Origin: Adineta vaga | Taxonomy: Eukaryota; Animalia; Rotifera | DNA length: 64,000 nucleotides | Direction of reading: 5' to 3' | Assembly: GCA_021613535.1 (NCBI GenBank) | Contig: CP075492.1 | Coordinates: 3,100,001 to 3,164,000 of the forward strand | Shown: positions 50,037 to 64,000 of the stretch, piece by piece | How the letters are laid out: every line of letters begins with the position of its first letter | How positions within the stretch are numbered: position 1 is the stretch's first letter | The notes under the pieces: model-generated | Told to the model about the DNA's origin: nothing | The model's database searches: none | The model's input: only the letters and a program-made list of their open reading frames with translations | Program-made: the position numbers and the translations under genes

Positions 50037-50524
50037 TGATTATATCGATTGTGTTTTAATATGAAATAAATTGACTTCGCACTATATCTACGACCTAGAT
50101 ACAGTAGATCTGGTAAAAAATCTGCATGATATGCATTCGAGAACATCCAATTTACAGTAATGAGCAAAAAAGAAAGAAAAAATATGTAATAAACAGAGCT
50201 ACAATGCATCTGATGAGGATGTCACGAATTTCTATATAATGAAATTGTTTAGTATCATCATTATTTTCTGTATTTATAACAAGTACTTCAGAATAAATGA
50301 GCTTCGCTCATTATTTTGCATCTTGAATTATTTCTGGAAAAAAGATCCTCTTATCAAATTTTCTCCTAACTGTATACAGGGCGGATATGAGTGAACAACT
50401 TGATTTGACAGTATATTTCTTTTATTAATGTCAAAGGTCTGTTCTGACGAAAGCGTTCTAATCGACCGAAAACCAAACTTTGTGGAGATCTTGAGAATGT
50501 GGACAAGGATGAATGAAGGTCTTC

Positions 50525-51535
50525 TTATGATCTATACCCACACCCACCCTCAAGATGGTTCCTATTGAATTGTATAACAATATCACGACGATAATCATCT
50601 TCGGAAAAAGGTAACTTAAAATACGAAGTTGTAAAATTTCGTTCCATCCAGTATGGTGTTTCAGATTGTTCTTCAAAATTATCGATTAATCGATTGAAAT
50701 CACATCGATAATCTTCATCATAAATAAAATTAGCACATATAAATTTAAATTTCACTAAATATGGACAATATAATGATAATAAATTTTCCCATCGTTTTGC
50801 TTTAAGTAAATATTTTTGACCAAATAAAACTAAATATCGTAAATGTGGTGTTTGTCTCAATATATATTTGATATGTTTGAAAGACATTTGAGGAGATAAT
50901 CTCAAATGAAGATGAATACAATTAGGCAATAATGATGTTGGAATCGTCACGTGTTTATCATAATTTGGGTCTAAAGAAAATTCAAAATCGATATGGAAAG
51001 ATTTGAGATATTGTAGAGCAAAAAATAATTTCACTAAATCTTCAAAAAACGATACATTAATCGATAAATATTCTATATGAGATGTTGTAATTAGAGGTGG
51101 AATTGAAGATTTACTATGCTGGCCATTTGTTCTGATAATTAATGATTTTAGTGATGTACAACAATTTTCATTGAATATCGAATTAAAGATCAAATTTTTG
51201 TCTTCGTAATTATAATCATCAAAATATCTTTGATAGTGTATAATCTCTAATGAATGTAAATATTTTAAAGATGAAAGTTGATTCCAAAATTGAAATGGTG
51301 TTTTATCATTAGAAAATCTGAATTTCAATGATAAGAATTGAAGTTGTTTCAATGAATCAAGAGAATAAGTCGACAAAAAATGATGAATTTGAAAAGAGTC
51401 GTTTAATTTTAATGATCGAATATTAGTAACATGTCTCCATGATAAAATATTTTCAGTAAAGTAATCATAACTATCTTGTTTTTCGAAATTTAAATCTACT
51501 ATTGACTGATAAATTAATTGTAATGATGTTAATAT
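50525..51535 (-). pseudogene. LRR-like protein of the rotifer F-box/LRR type, lacking an in-frame start and F-box
   Basis: LxxLxL repeats (LKQLQFLSL, LKYLHSLEI, LRYLVLF) and WENLLSLYCPYL. The frame is open upstream to about 51535, but the nearest ATGs are out of frame. Confidence 0.55.
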
Positions 51536-51900
51536 TGGAAAAGGAATTCATAGTTTTCATAAGAGTATAAATATTATTGTTGAATTTCACAATTCAATCG
51601 AGATTAATTTTCATATCTTATGGTGAGTGTCACGTGGTAGGTTAAAGTGTAACATAGAAATTCAATGCTCTGCTCATCTTTGATTTTTATTGTTAATCAA
51701 AGTGAATCCTTGCATTGGTATTTCAATATAAACTAGAATAATGAAATTCTTTCTTTTGTTTATCGAATATAGAAAAAGAGAATTAATTTTCTTTATTAAA
51801 AATAAGACGAAACCTGATGCATTATTTGAATGCCAAAGAAAGGCTTTATTGTGTTGTGTTTCATATGAAATAGGACATTTTTAAAAAAAAGTCACAAACA

Positions 51901-54371
51901 ATGATGATTATAGTGATTATTCAACTGATTTTGAGAATTTTAGTTTCGGAATCAACTCATTTTTATGGTGGAACTCTAACATGGAAACCAATGAATAATA
52001 CAGCAACAGGTTCAACAATCTCGGTGATGTTTACACAATCTTATCAATTCAGACGATCGGCTTATTCTGCTGATGCATATAATTATTGTAATCAGAGTAT
52101 AATTCTGGATCAATCACCTCTCATACCAAATTCTGCTCAAAAAAAAGTTAACTGTACTAGTATTTCGTGTGCTAATTATGTGCCAATATCAGTCAATGAA
52201 TATTGCACTGACTTTAGTATTATTCGTGATTCGAGTTCAGGACAAATCTCAACGATTCAAGATATTATAGCTGGATCACAGTTTTGTGTAGGATTTCAGG
52301 ATTTTTCTTGGATAACTGTGTATTCAACAGTTTGTGCAGGCGGTTGTTTCAGTAGTACTGCTGGCTGGTCCATTGTAACATGTCTTGATTTGACAATGCG
52401 ATCAGATGGATTTATAAATACACCACCCGTTGCAACAGTCATTTCGCGTATGTAAAAAATGGATGTATATATAGGGTCTTATATTTTGTTTTGTTTTCAG
52501 CGGTAAAAGTACCAATTAACACTATCACTGAAATTAAAATACCGATTATTGACTCAGACAATGATTATTTAAAGTGCATTCCACTGATTAAAACTCTTTT
52601 TTAATTATTATTCTAATGATCTTGTAGATGCCGTTGGGGTGAAAATAAATCAACAGTTAATGAATGTGGTTCCGTTTGCAATATGGTACCAGGTGGTACA
52701 ATAGATAGTGACAATTGATATTTAATAGTACTGGCAAATCAGTGGGAACATATTATGCTGCTGCAATGATGGTTGAAGATTTCAATGATGCATCCTCATC
52801 AACAACACCATTTAGTAGTGTTCCAATAGATTTTCTTATTCAAATTGTTAATACACCATCTTGCCCATTAAAACCGGTAATTAATTGAAATTTACTGGAA
52901 TGTACAGCTGTAGAAGTTGGTGTTCAATTTAATTTTACATTAAATATTACTATTGGATGTTCTAGAACTACAATAACTGATGTCAATACGAATCCACCAT
53001 TATATATGTACAAAGGATCTTTAATACGAATAGGAATGAGTAGTGTCTGGACAATAAGTGAATCGTGGATTCCGGATTCTAATCAATTAGGATCTCAAGT
53101 TTATTGTGCTTTAGCTACTGATAGGTATTAAGATAATTTCTTTTCTTATAGAATATTACATTTAACTGATTTTGTAGCGCAAGTATATCATCAGATCAAT
53201 ATTGTCTCACATTTTTTGTTGTTTCTCCTGGATCTGGTCTTTATTGTAATAAAAATATTTATTTCTTCACTTTATTATTCAATGAATAATATTTAGGTCC
53301 TAATGAGCGTCCAACCACAACGACAACGTAAGGAATACTTTATTGTCCATATTTTTTCCTATTTTTTCTTTGCAATGAAAAGTACCAGTACATCGACAAG
53401 TACAAGTTCTGGTTCATCAACTTCAACATCAAGCACAATAGCGTATGCTTTACAATTTGTTTTATTCTTAATGAATTATATGTTTTAAGAACAACTTCTA
53501 CTACTGCTTCAACATCAAGTCCAAAGGCTACGAATAAATCAATCGATCCATGGCCTATTATTTGGTCCGTTATAGGCTTCTTAGCTTTGTGTGCTTTATG
53601 CTGTTGCTGTTGGTGGTGGTGGTTTTTGTATGTTCACATTCTTATAAGATAAATCTTTGAATATTTTGTCTCTTTTTCTAGATGTGGTCCAGGTCGACGT
53701 CGTCGACGAAGTAAACAAAGAGAAAAAGCGACAGATGATTATCTATTAACTGCGAATCACCGTACAAAGAAGTTCTCACATTCACTTTTGAAAAATCTTC
53801 GACAAAGAACAAAAACAACAAATATATCAGCTATAGAACTTCCAGATCGTTCTCTACTTGAAAGTAGAACAACATCAATGATGTCACACGAATCTCCTAT
53901 CCAAATATTAAATGATGAATCATTTCCAAGAAAAAGCGATAGTAATGTAAGTGTTGTTAAACGATCACAAAAATCTTCAATTACTGACGAAGAAAACGAA
54001 TCTCGGAATGATAATAACATAGACAGATCAAAAACATTGACACCAAATGTTGAAAAGCCACAATCAAAATCATCGATTCGATTGAGTGACAGTAATTTAT
54101 TACCAACAACAAAACAAAATAGTTTAGTTCGTATTAACAAAGTAAAACGATTATCAATGTCAAACAATCGTCATTTCTCTCTATCAATAAATGACATTTC
54201 ACAGCCATCGAGTCGAAGTAAGAATTCTTGAAAATACATTTCAAACAATTTTCGAAGAAATTTAGTATCCGCTGCTCGAACATCAAAAATATCATTTTCT
54301 TCTCAAAGTCAACATCACGAAAGCACTAAAAAGAATACACACGTGACTGTCACAAAAGTAATTCGCATATA
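51901..54371 (+). pseudogene. Multi-exon single-pass membrane protein (HFYGGT..W / NTPPVA family), disrupted
   Basis: Signal peptide, THFYGGTLTWKP, INTPPVAT, CRW..NECG and MVEDF; Thr/Ser-rich stalk mini-exons; TM followed by CCCCWWW; Ser-rich tail. Frameshift/stop near 52716 (aattgata) and an in-frame TGA near 52886. Confidence 0.75.
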
Positions 54372-54543
54372 GCGATGGTTCCTGCAATGACTTTTTTCCT
54401 GTAAATTTTCGGCGAAGAGATACGAACTATTCTATCATGCGTAGAATGATAATATAAGAAAACAAATTTTCCACCGTTCATTTATTCTTAATCGAAAAGA
54501 CTTCATTCTACTTGTTACAATATGGATTGGAAAAATGAATAAT

Positions 54544-55606
54544 TCAATCAAGTTCAATATTTTCATCACTAAATGCAGTAGTTTCTGGTTGAATTTGATT
54601 TTCTCTCCAATAACACAATTTTTTTATCTGTTTCCAACATTTTTTCTCCAGAACATATTTCACTTGTCGACGATATCGTGTTGATATAATTAAAAATAGA
54701 TAAAAACTAATCTAGAACACATATCAGCTATTTTCTTTTTCTATAATAAACAAAATGAAATCTTACTGCAGCATTAATGTTAATCAATGAATAAAAAATT
54801 GTTTGAATTAATCGTTCAATTGCAGATCGTACTTGATCGATTTGTCTAAGATCAATATTAATGGCATAAACACGATGAATTGCATAAGGTAATTGACATA
54901 TAACAAAAGCTATGACACGAACTAAAACCATTGCAGTTATTTGATGATCAAATCGACGACGTTCAAGTGCAATTTGTCGACGAATAACTCGACGAACATT
55001 TTCATAAGCAAATAAGCTAAATATTGAAGCAATAAAAATTGGTAAAAGACCAGCAAGAAATGGAAAATAGAAATATTTTATATATTGATTCCATATTGGA
55101 TTTAATATAACGCATCCTAATAATGGATGACTTTCACTATGAATACTATATAAAATACTATGAAATATATTACATAAAATAATTATAGAAACTAAATATC
55201 GAGCTGTTGTTAATGTATACATTTGTCTGATATGTAAACGATAATTTGTCGAAAAAAATTGATCAAAAGCAGATAAACATATCATACAAGATGTTGTTAG
55301 TACGGATGTTTGAAATATGATAACTCGTAATTTACACCAAGTAAATGTAGTTGCAATCGTAATATCACCATATACTAATGGTACAATTGTTATAATAAAA
55401 GTCATTAATCCACAGATAAAATTTGAAATTGATTCAATAATAAAATATAAAATACATCGATTTGTTCGAAAAGGTTTTAATTGAAGAAATACAAAGATAT
55501 TTAATGTATTACCAAGAAATGCAGCAATACTTGTTATAGAATTTGAATATAATGTATATTGAGAAACAATATTTAAAATTATTGTTGATGTTGAATTTGT
55601 AGTCAT
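54544..55606 (-). CDS. Class A GPCR (2 exons)
   Basis: FLGNTLNIFVF and SAFDQF. An intron after NINAA (gtaaga) leads to ISFYLFLIISTRYRRQVK...IELD*. Confidence 0.88.
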
Positions 55607-56559
55607 GATAAACTATCTGTTGTTTTATTATGAAAATAATGTCGACATTTAAAGTTATTTGAATAAATAAAGAGGTTCTTTATATTAATCGACGACTTTG
55701 AAAAAACTATGGAAAGTTCTAGAGCAGAATAAAATGAATTAATTTCAGAGGGGATTTTATCCTTTTAATTAATGTTCATATCCTTTTGTATGCAGAAAGA
55801 ACGGGTGTGCAACGTGCAAAAATCATCATAGTCAGAGTAACTTGCAAATAGATGAATTTCTACAGGCAAGTTGTGCTTTTGAAATATAAATATTAAAATT
55901 TTAATGAATATTTATCAAAAAGCTGGTGTATAGAAAAACGGACTTCTGACTGTTTTATCTTGGAAACGTTTCCTGAAGATATTCAATCGATATTCGCCCT
56001 TTCAGGACTGTCATATTTTGAGAAAAAATTAGAAAATTCAAATTTTTTAAAAATCATTTCTTTTTATTACATGCGTATAAGACAGAATGGAAAAATCCAT
56101 CTTGGGTGAGAGTGGGTGTGAGTTTACACGAGGCTACGCTTTTCAAACACACCCACGCTCTTTATCTATTGATTTGCAAACCGTGACCTTACATCCGTTT
56201 TTTACGAGCTTTCTTTCCGTATAGAATTCATTAGGCTTCCGACTCGAAACCATATTCCTACTCATCTAGCTAAAGGTTATGCACATATTGGAGACGGTAT
56301 ATGCAGACATCGTAATAAAGTTATTCGTTAGATCAATAATAAATATCACAAGACACTTGTTCTATAACAAATAAAAACATGATATATGTTTATAGAATAA
56401 ATTAATTCATACAAGAAATTCATCAAGATATAATATGTGACATCTTAAAAAGTACATCCGAAAGTTAAAAAAACAAAACTAAGAAAGAGAATAAAAAGAA
56501 ACATCTAGAAAATAGCACCGGCGCTCTTTCTTATGGCATCGCATGGCGTATCTCATAAT

Positions 56560-57416
56560 GATTGGTTGGAATTGAGTAAGAATAAGAAGAGTTTTTCAAC
56601 TAGCGCCAGTTTATTTTCGATTGAGGAATAGAAAAAAATCAATGTAGAACTCAAGCCTGTCATTGATATTGCAACTGGTAAACATGATATACGAAGTGTA
56701 AAAGGATGATAATCATTTGTTATAGCAAATCTTATTGTAAAAAAACATTGTTGGAATACCTAAAACAATTAACAAACTAACTATAATTAAAATCCGTTTA
56801 ACAATCATCAATAGACATGAAGATGGAAATAGATAAATGAAAACTGCTGACCACATCACTGCTCCTAAATTTTTTATATGTAACATGACAAAAAGAATCA
56901 TGAATGAAATAAACAATCCCATTCCAAGGTATAAGAACACAGTGAATACCAATTGCCCATATATATTCTCCTATAGCAAGAAGAATGTATAGAATTTTAA
57001 AGATAGAAAATGTGGATTTCCAGGATAAACTATTGGAAATAAGCGATAAAATGCCTAAAAATCTTATTTATAAAAGAAAATATTTTCTTTTATCAAATTT
57101 CTAATAACCTGATTCACAAATGTCAAATACATTGTGTAAATATGAATAACAGCAATATATCCTGAAACTATACACCATGATGAATCAAATGATTGTCCAT
57201 TTAAATCACCTAATATTGTTGTTAATATAAACATAGATAAATAAATATGAATACAATGAAATATAGTCATTTTATCATCTTCTTTTATACGATTATAATA
57301 TAAATGATAAATAAGAATGAGTAAAACTATTGATGATATTATTGTTCCAAATGTTGTAAAACCAAAATTAAATGACGTAAGAATAAGTCCAATTATTTTA
57401 TTTTCATTTTCCAACA
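56560..57416 (-). pseudogene. GPCR-like gene, apparently degenerate
   Basis: TM segments and SSWCIVSGY...TFVNQ|AFYRLF, with later TM fragments in inconsistent frames. Confidence 0.55.
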
Positions 57417-58376
57417 TTATGTAAAGACGTCCATAGAGTGGAATGATCAACTTCATAAAAAAATTAATGAAGTTTTTCTAAAACAGAAACATGTTGACAT
57501 CATGTTCTCTAGTTAAATTATGAGTTTTTCAAATTTTCATTTATGTTCTCCTGAGGCAACCATCTATCTTCTTTTTATGAATATAATCTGAGAAATATGT
57601 ATCAATAATTGTTACAAATAAATATCGAATGAAAAACTTATTCATAGCGTTGATAGTCGCAGAATCGTGCTCAATGATCGTTCATTTCGATGACTATATC
57701 TATCACATTCGTTTAAACAAAAAAACAAGAGATCGAATAAGAAGGTGTGAACCATTGTGCATTTACACTCATTATTTTTCTTGAATTCTACAAAAACTAT
57801 ATGCTGATGTTATTCATATGTACCGAAATGAAATTTACCTATAAATAAACATTCATTTACTTCTCTTTGCCATATTATAAATACTGAAGAAATATGTTCA
57901 GATTTATGTTTAGTGTTAAGCTTATGTAAAGAAAGAAAAACATATTAATCCTAAAAGCATAAAATCTTTATCCTGAAGCTTATCATACGAAGATGGGTTA
58001 GGTGAACTTTTTTATTTTTGTTGAAAGTATTCAAATGTGCGTAGATGAAAAAATTCATTTTAATTATTCAAAAGATGATTGGAGAGTCAAAATGCTCCAT
58101 GTAAGTTATGCAACGAGATAAATATTCAAACTGTTTCTGTCGGACGTAGAAATCTAAGAGACTGATCTGATTGAACAGTTCTTCAATTCATCTTGAAGGT
58201 GTGGGTGTAGGTTTGAAATTAGGTTGAGTATAACATCCACCACATCCTTCCTCCGGATTCGATTTCTAATTAACTTGGATTTTTTTCTATCATTTAAAGA
58301 ATAGAAAGTGTTATTTTAAGTTGACGTTTTGAAGTCTATATAGTTTGAAACTGAATATGTTGAAAGAAAAAGCATG

Positions 58377-61300
58377 TCAAACACGTGTGGAGAAGCATTG
58401 CGTTTCATAATGATTAGTTAATGGACCAACCTAATTGAGAAGAAAATAAAAGATGCAGTGAAAGTCTTTTTATGAAAAAACGACTTACTAATAATCCATC
58501 GGATTGCCAATTGTTATTGAAATCGAGATAGAAACAAGCAGATTGATACATTCTTATTTGATAATCGGATGTAAAACTCCAAGATTGACGAAGCAAAGGT
58601 GAGTTTCGACTAAATGTTTTATTATAAAAACAAAAGTCTTCTATTTGTTGCGTCGATAATTGGCGAAGTCCATAAATAATCGAATGATGATTTGATGTCT
58701 GATAATTATCAAGAAAATGATAGTTACTCGATGGACATACCAATACCCAATGATCAGATAATGGTAAAGATGGTTTGAGAGAATCAAATTGATAAGTTAA
58801 TAAATAAGAAATATTCGCAATCGATGGATGAATTTCAAGATGAATGGCAAATGTTAAATTAGGATTTGTTTGTTGTAAATGAAATAAATAGTAGTAAAAA
58901 GGTAATGAGGACTCTTTTTTTTCATTGATTAATGTACTATTTTGAACAAGTGCCGATGAAATGATCATTTGTGGATCTCGAGGAATGAAGAATTGAATTG
59001 GATTTGTTAGATTTGTGTTTATATTCAGTTCAGTTCCATTTTCATGCAAAATTGATAAGGAAAATGATCGAGAAAGATTTGTAAAAGCTGGAAATTGATG
59101 ATCATATCCAGGAGAAGCTAACGGTTGAAGAATAGTCTAGAAAAATGAAGAATAAGAGAGAAAAGTTCGTCTCTTTCAGACATACTCGAATGAATACAGT
59201 CTCGTTATAATGAATTTGCGAATAGTTTAATCGATGTAAAAGTGATGAAAATGAGATTTGTTCGAGTGAGAAAATGATAGTAGATGTATTAATTAAGATT
59301 TGTTGATTCTGATTCAAATGTAAATGAAACATTGATGTAATTGATGAAATTATTTCATTAAATTGATTCGAAATCTTCTTTGCGGTTTGTTTTTGATAAT
59401 ATTGGTTTCGTTCGTTTAGATTTATCTCATCGTCGTGCTCTGTATTGAAAGTTCGTAATAAATCTAAACGAAGGATCGTAGCACGTTCTTGTAAAGAACC
59501 ATAAACACCCTACAAAAACAGATTTATTCAACAAGAGACAAGGTGGTCAGTTCTTACATTAAAAGAGTTCACAGCACATTGCAGAAGATGCGTGGCTATG
59601 AAATGAGTATCTTCCAATGGAAGTTTGTTGGCGATTGATTTTAATTGTGAAGATAATTGAAAACATTTGTTGGATGCCAACATCTATGAAAATACTAATA
59701 ACAGAAGAAAAACGAGAGAAAAAATATTTATGTTTTACAGAAGCTGTTCGTGTAAGTTGATTTGTGGTTTGTGTTAATTGTGTAAGTATCGATGATTGTA
59801 ATTGCAGATCTAACAATGTCACAGCAGAGAGATTGCTGACTATCATCAGTAGATCTTCACGTATTTTGATTTGTTCATCAGTATCTAATAGAAATGAATG
59901 ATTTGATGTATTTGTCATCTGAAAAGTTTCATCAATGCAAATGATTAATTTAGATTAATTAAAAACATGAAACTTACTGAATGAAAGGATTGATAATGAA
60001 GAGGTGTGATCGCCATTTGTGTCAATGGAATTCCGTCTAGAAGGCGAAAAACTTAATTTATTCTTATGAAAGTTGAAAAAAAGTATTTACTTTGAATCTG
60101 TTCATTGGCTGTTTCTTGATTCATTTGATGGAATAACTGTGCAATTGATGTTACCATTTGAAAGAATATATTCTGATCTTTTGTATGATTACTATGTACT
60201 AAATCAATAAATTGTGAAATGTTCGATAAGTCTGGATGAACATGAACAGATGGAAGATGATATTCTACATCACAATCGAATATATCTCGAATTTTCACTT
60301 TTAGTTGCAGAGGAGATGTTGGATCAATCGTCATAGGTAAATAAAGGTAAATGATTGGTAGAGCTGTATGAGTAAAGAATGTTTCTTCTGTTGAATTTGA
60401 TTTGTAACCTATGAGGAAAAAAAAATATAGAACGAACTCTTATTGTCAATAAGGAGTGAAGTGAATAACCATAAATAAGATAATCTTTGATTTCATCTTG
60501 ATCAAGCCAATCTGTACATTGAATGGTAAATAGAGTAGTGATTGTACCATTGACTGGATGAATAAGACAATAACCATTGTATGGTGGTTGGTTTACTTCA
60601 ACATCAAAGTAACTGTGACTTTCATTTTCGGATTTTGATGATGAATAAATCACTTCAAAACGCCAATAAATATTCGAGAGATGTTCAATAAACAAATCTT
60701 TCATCACCGTTAATTTCTTTGTATTTAAACCTGCAAAAAATAAATCTGCTTCAAAAGATTTGAATGGAATCCATTGATTAGTTTGATTTGATCTCTTATA
60801 AATCTTCCAACTGATCTTGTCCATCGTGGCACAATTACCGGAACATGATGAAAGAAGAAGAAGTTGAGTATTTCGATTAACATAATGAAAATCTTCATTG
60901 GACGAGATACACATAGTGGCAATGACACATCTAGATCAGGATAAGTAAGAAACAAATTCAGAGAATAAAATCATTACCTGATAGTGATCACCGGTGATGA
61001 CATGTGTTCAAATCGAACAATCAAATAACTAAATGAGTGAAGAGATGAATTTTGTCGATGGATCATTTGAACCATAAATTGATAAGTTCGATTTAAGTGA
61101 AGTAAATTAGTGAAGATTTTCACCGATGAGTTATTGGCATTTAAATATTGAAATGCATTTTGAAAACAACTATGATTTTGATTATTAAATAATTGAAATC
61201 CTTGTAAATCTTCCGGATAAGTTCGACAGTAATAGAAATAATGCCAATCCTAAATTCAAAAAGAAACAATGATTAAAGATATAGAGGCAAAAATATGAAT

Positions 61301-64000
61301 CAATAGTAACGTTTGCATTGAATATTAATTGCATTTGATCGTAAGAGAATTGACCAGGATCAAAAATAATAAGATCTTGTTGATAATCATGTGTAATCGA
61401 TTGTGTATTATATGAAATGAGATTTGTGATTAGTGATGATGAAATAATTTGAATATCTACTAAAGATGATAATGATATTATTGAATATTCATTCATTGTT
61501 ACAGTTAATTTTAGTCGATAGAATCCATAAGGAAGAGTTCGTGATGGAATAGACAGATCTTTGTATATTGTGGAGATGGAATGATTAGATAATGAGATAC
61601 TTGAACATGTTGATGTACAGATAAATATTGACCATTTTGTTTCAATTGATGTTGAATCAGTATAGTTTAATCTGATAATTGAACTAATGTAAATATGTTG
61701 ATTTTGTCGAAAGGTTAATAATGATCCCGATGGAATAAGTTCAACAATTGGTTTATGATAATCTAGAATTGATGAATTAAAAATCAAATCGCAAGTTCAA
61801 ATGAACTTACTTATTACGGAAATTTCACTTGCCGTCTTTTGACCTGTAGGTAATATTAAAAACGAGATATTCAGTTGAAATTATTTCGCTTACTTTCTTG
61901 TTTAATAGTTGTTAACCTATTTGAGATTGAAAAGTCAAGAGTTGATGAAATGATAGTCGACGTTTCTAAAAAGTGAAAAGATGAATTTCGTTATTTTTCA
62001 ATCGTGTTCTTATCCATAGAGTTGTATTAGAAAACAAAATTATGCCTGAGACCTACCACACGAATTGACTCCTATAATGAATTTTTGAATACGACGATTG
62101 GCTTCATCTGCCACATACAAATTACCAGAACTATCGAAACGAACTGAATATGAATAATGGAGTTGAGTTGATTCTGATCCACTCTTTTCGCTACAACCAA
62201 CAAGACATCGAAAATGATAACGACCTACTACTCGAACAACACGATGTTTTTGATTGTCTGCAATGTATAAAATGTTATCGGCGTCTACGATTATACCACT
62301 TGGATATTGTAATTGTAAACCATTGGGAATACCATTACCAGCAACTGTAATTCCATTTGATTCTTCCGATGGAAAAAGTTGAATTCTGTTGTTTCTACCA
62401 TCAGCTACGTAGAGATTGCAATGAACATCGACAAATATCCCAACAGGATGAGATAGGCTCTTTTCACTTGAACCAGATTTATCATTCTCTCCTGCAGCAG
62501 TCGACTCTGTTTTGTCTCTGCCATTATTGAGCGATATTTTAACCACTATATGTCTCAGGTTAATGGAACAATAAAGATCATTTTTGACATCTAGAAATAG
62601 TGCATAACAATTTCCAGAGAACTTTGAAATGGGATCTCCTCTCGTAGCATTTAATGTCCATTTATCGATTTGACCTGTCTGATTGTCATTTTCAACATAA
62701 ATATCACCATTCGTTGTAACAAACAGACCTGTCCAGGCGAATAACTTCCCGGTGGATATTTTCCGAGGATTCTTGTTATTTGTTTTTGACCAGATCAGAA
62801 TTTGTCCGTGAGTATGATCAACTACGTAGACAGTATCATGGGAGTCAATGAAGATACCACGGGGCTCGGAACCAACAAGACTTTGACTAGCAAATGTGAT
62901 TCCACATGAACTCCATTTCGAATTTGTAGGAACAATTGGTTGATTGAACGATTCTAAACAAAGAAGAAATATAGTTTCAGATTAGTTTTAACACTTTAAA
63001 GCAAGTTAAAGACTATTAGAACATATAAATGAGTGATACTGCTATATAGAATGGTTGTAACCTCAAGAACTACTCACGTGAATAACTGAGAATTTGGAAT
63101 TTTTGTACTCGATGATTATCCCAATCAGCAACATAGAGTGATCCATTTCTATCAAATGCCAATGAATGTGGGCCTTTCAGCTGATTTGTTGCAGTTCCAA
63201 AACTTCCCGTGCAAGCAACAATACACACACCATACCATGATCCAACAAGCCATCGAATAATGCGTCCTTGATCGCCAGCTTCACTTATGTACATATATTC
63301 ATTTGCATCAACTATCACATAGGTGGGTTTGTTGAGCTGTGTTGCTTTGTCACCAGCATTGCCATCACCAGCCACACGAATTCCTTGAGAAGCTCCCGGC
63401 AACCATTTCATGATTCGATGATTCTGACGATCTGCAATGTACATAATTCCTGCGTCGTTCACAAAGATTCCATATGGTTCATTAAATTGATCGTCATTGG
63501 ATCCGCTATCTTCGTTTTTTCCGGCGATGATCTGACCGATAGTTGAATTCGACAGAAATAACCAGATGCAATGTTCATCTCTATCACTTACATATATGTT
63601 ACCTTCATTATTCACATACAAATAGAACGGTTGTTTTGATCCGGCGAGATTAGCAGCTGTAGCTGGATTTGAACCGTTGAGTGATATTCGTTGTATTCTT
63701 TTATTCTTAGTGTCAGTAACATAGAGGGATTTGTTAAAAACAAAAACATCATGTGGTTCATTGAACTGGTTGAGAGCAACACCTGGTCCAAAGCCAATAG
63801 CAAAGTTCTTGATGGAAGAATTCAGATGAACAACAAGAATACGATGATTAAATTCCTCACCAATGTACAAAATCTCTTGGTCAGTGATATGTATTCCTAC
63901 GGGTCCATCAAGCTGAGTAAGAGATGATCCCGCGGTTCCGTTTTTCTGGCCTGCAACTGTGATACCATTTTGATCCCAATAAGCTTGACGAGATAATTTT
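58377..64000 (-). CDS. Large multi-exon NHL-repeat + REJ/GAIN-GPS (polycystin-1-like ectodomain) protein; 5' end beyond the window
   Basis: Two NHL propeller exons (63079-64000, about 62057-62953) are linked by S/T-rich mini-exons to REJ-like exons (IPSRTLPYGFYRLKLTV, VNQPPYNGYCLIHPVNG...CTDWLDQD). The GPS region reads SACFYLDFNNNWQSDGLL|VGPLTNHYETQCFSTRV*, with stop at 58377. Confidence 0.8.

Noticed and set aside
55800-56060. Sequence with the texture of a non-autonomous DNA transposon (also about 15910-16320)
   Set aside because: No terminal inverted repeats or TSDs could be defined within the window.

Overview
AT-rich eukaryotic DNA with short (about 50-60 nt) GT-AG introns. The gene content points to a bdelloid rotifer, probably Adineta-like (inference): expanded rhodopsin-like GPCRs, NHL-repeat proteins, mono-ADP-ribosyltransferases, intronless bacterial-type genes and GGGTGT telomere-like motifs. 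About 30 genes and gene relics are supported, many of them damaged. The standout is a ~4.4 kb intronless frame (38077-42477) that fuses a Sacsin/NO VEIN-type GHKL ATPase to a C-terminal DarT (DUF4433)-like DNA ADP-ribosyltransferase domain. It is split by a single in-frame TGA and lies 316 bp behind an R-S-E type ART gene. Other notable items are a dispersed hairpin/MITE family built from telomere-like repeats, a candidate 7.7 kb CACTA-like element carrying an NHL-Kelch gene, a bacterial alpha/beta-hydrolase spliced onto an intron-rich membrane anchor, a mosaic GPCR triplication, a polycystin-like ectodomain ending at its GPS site, and a Helitron remnant. All family assignments come from reading motifs by eye; no database searches were run.
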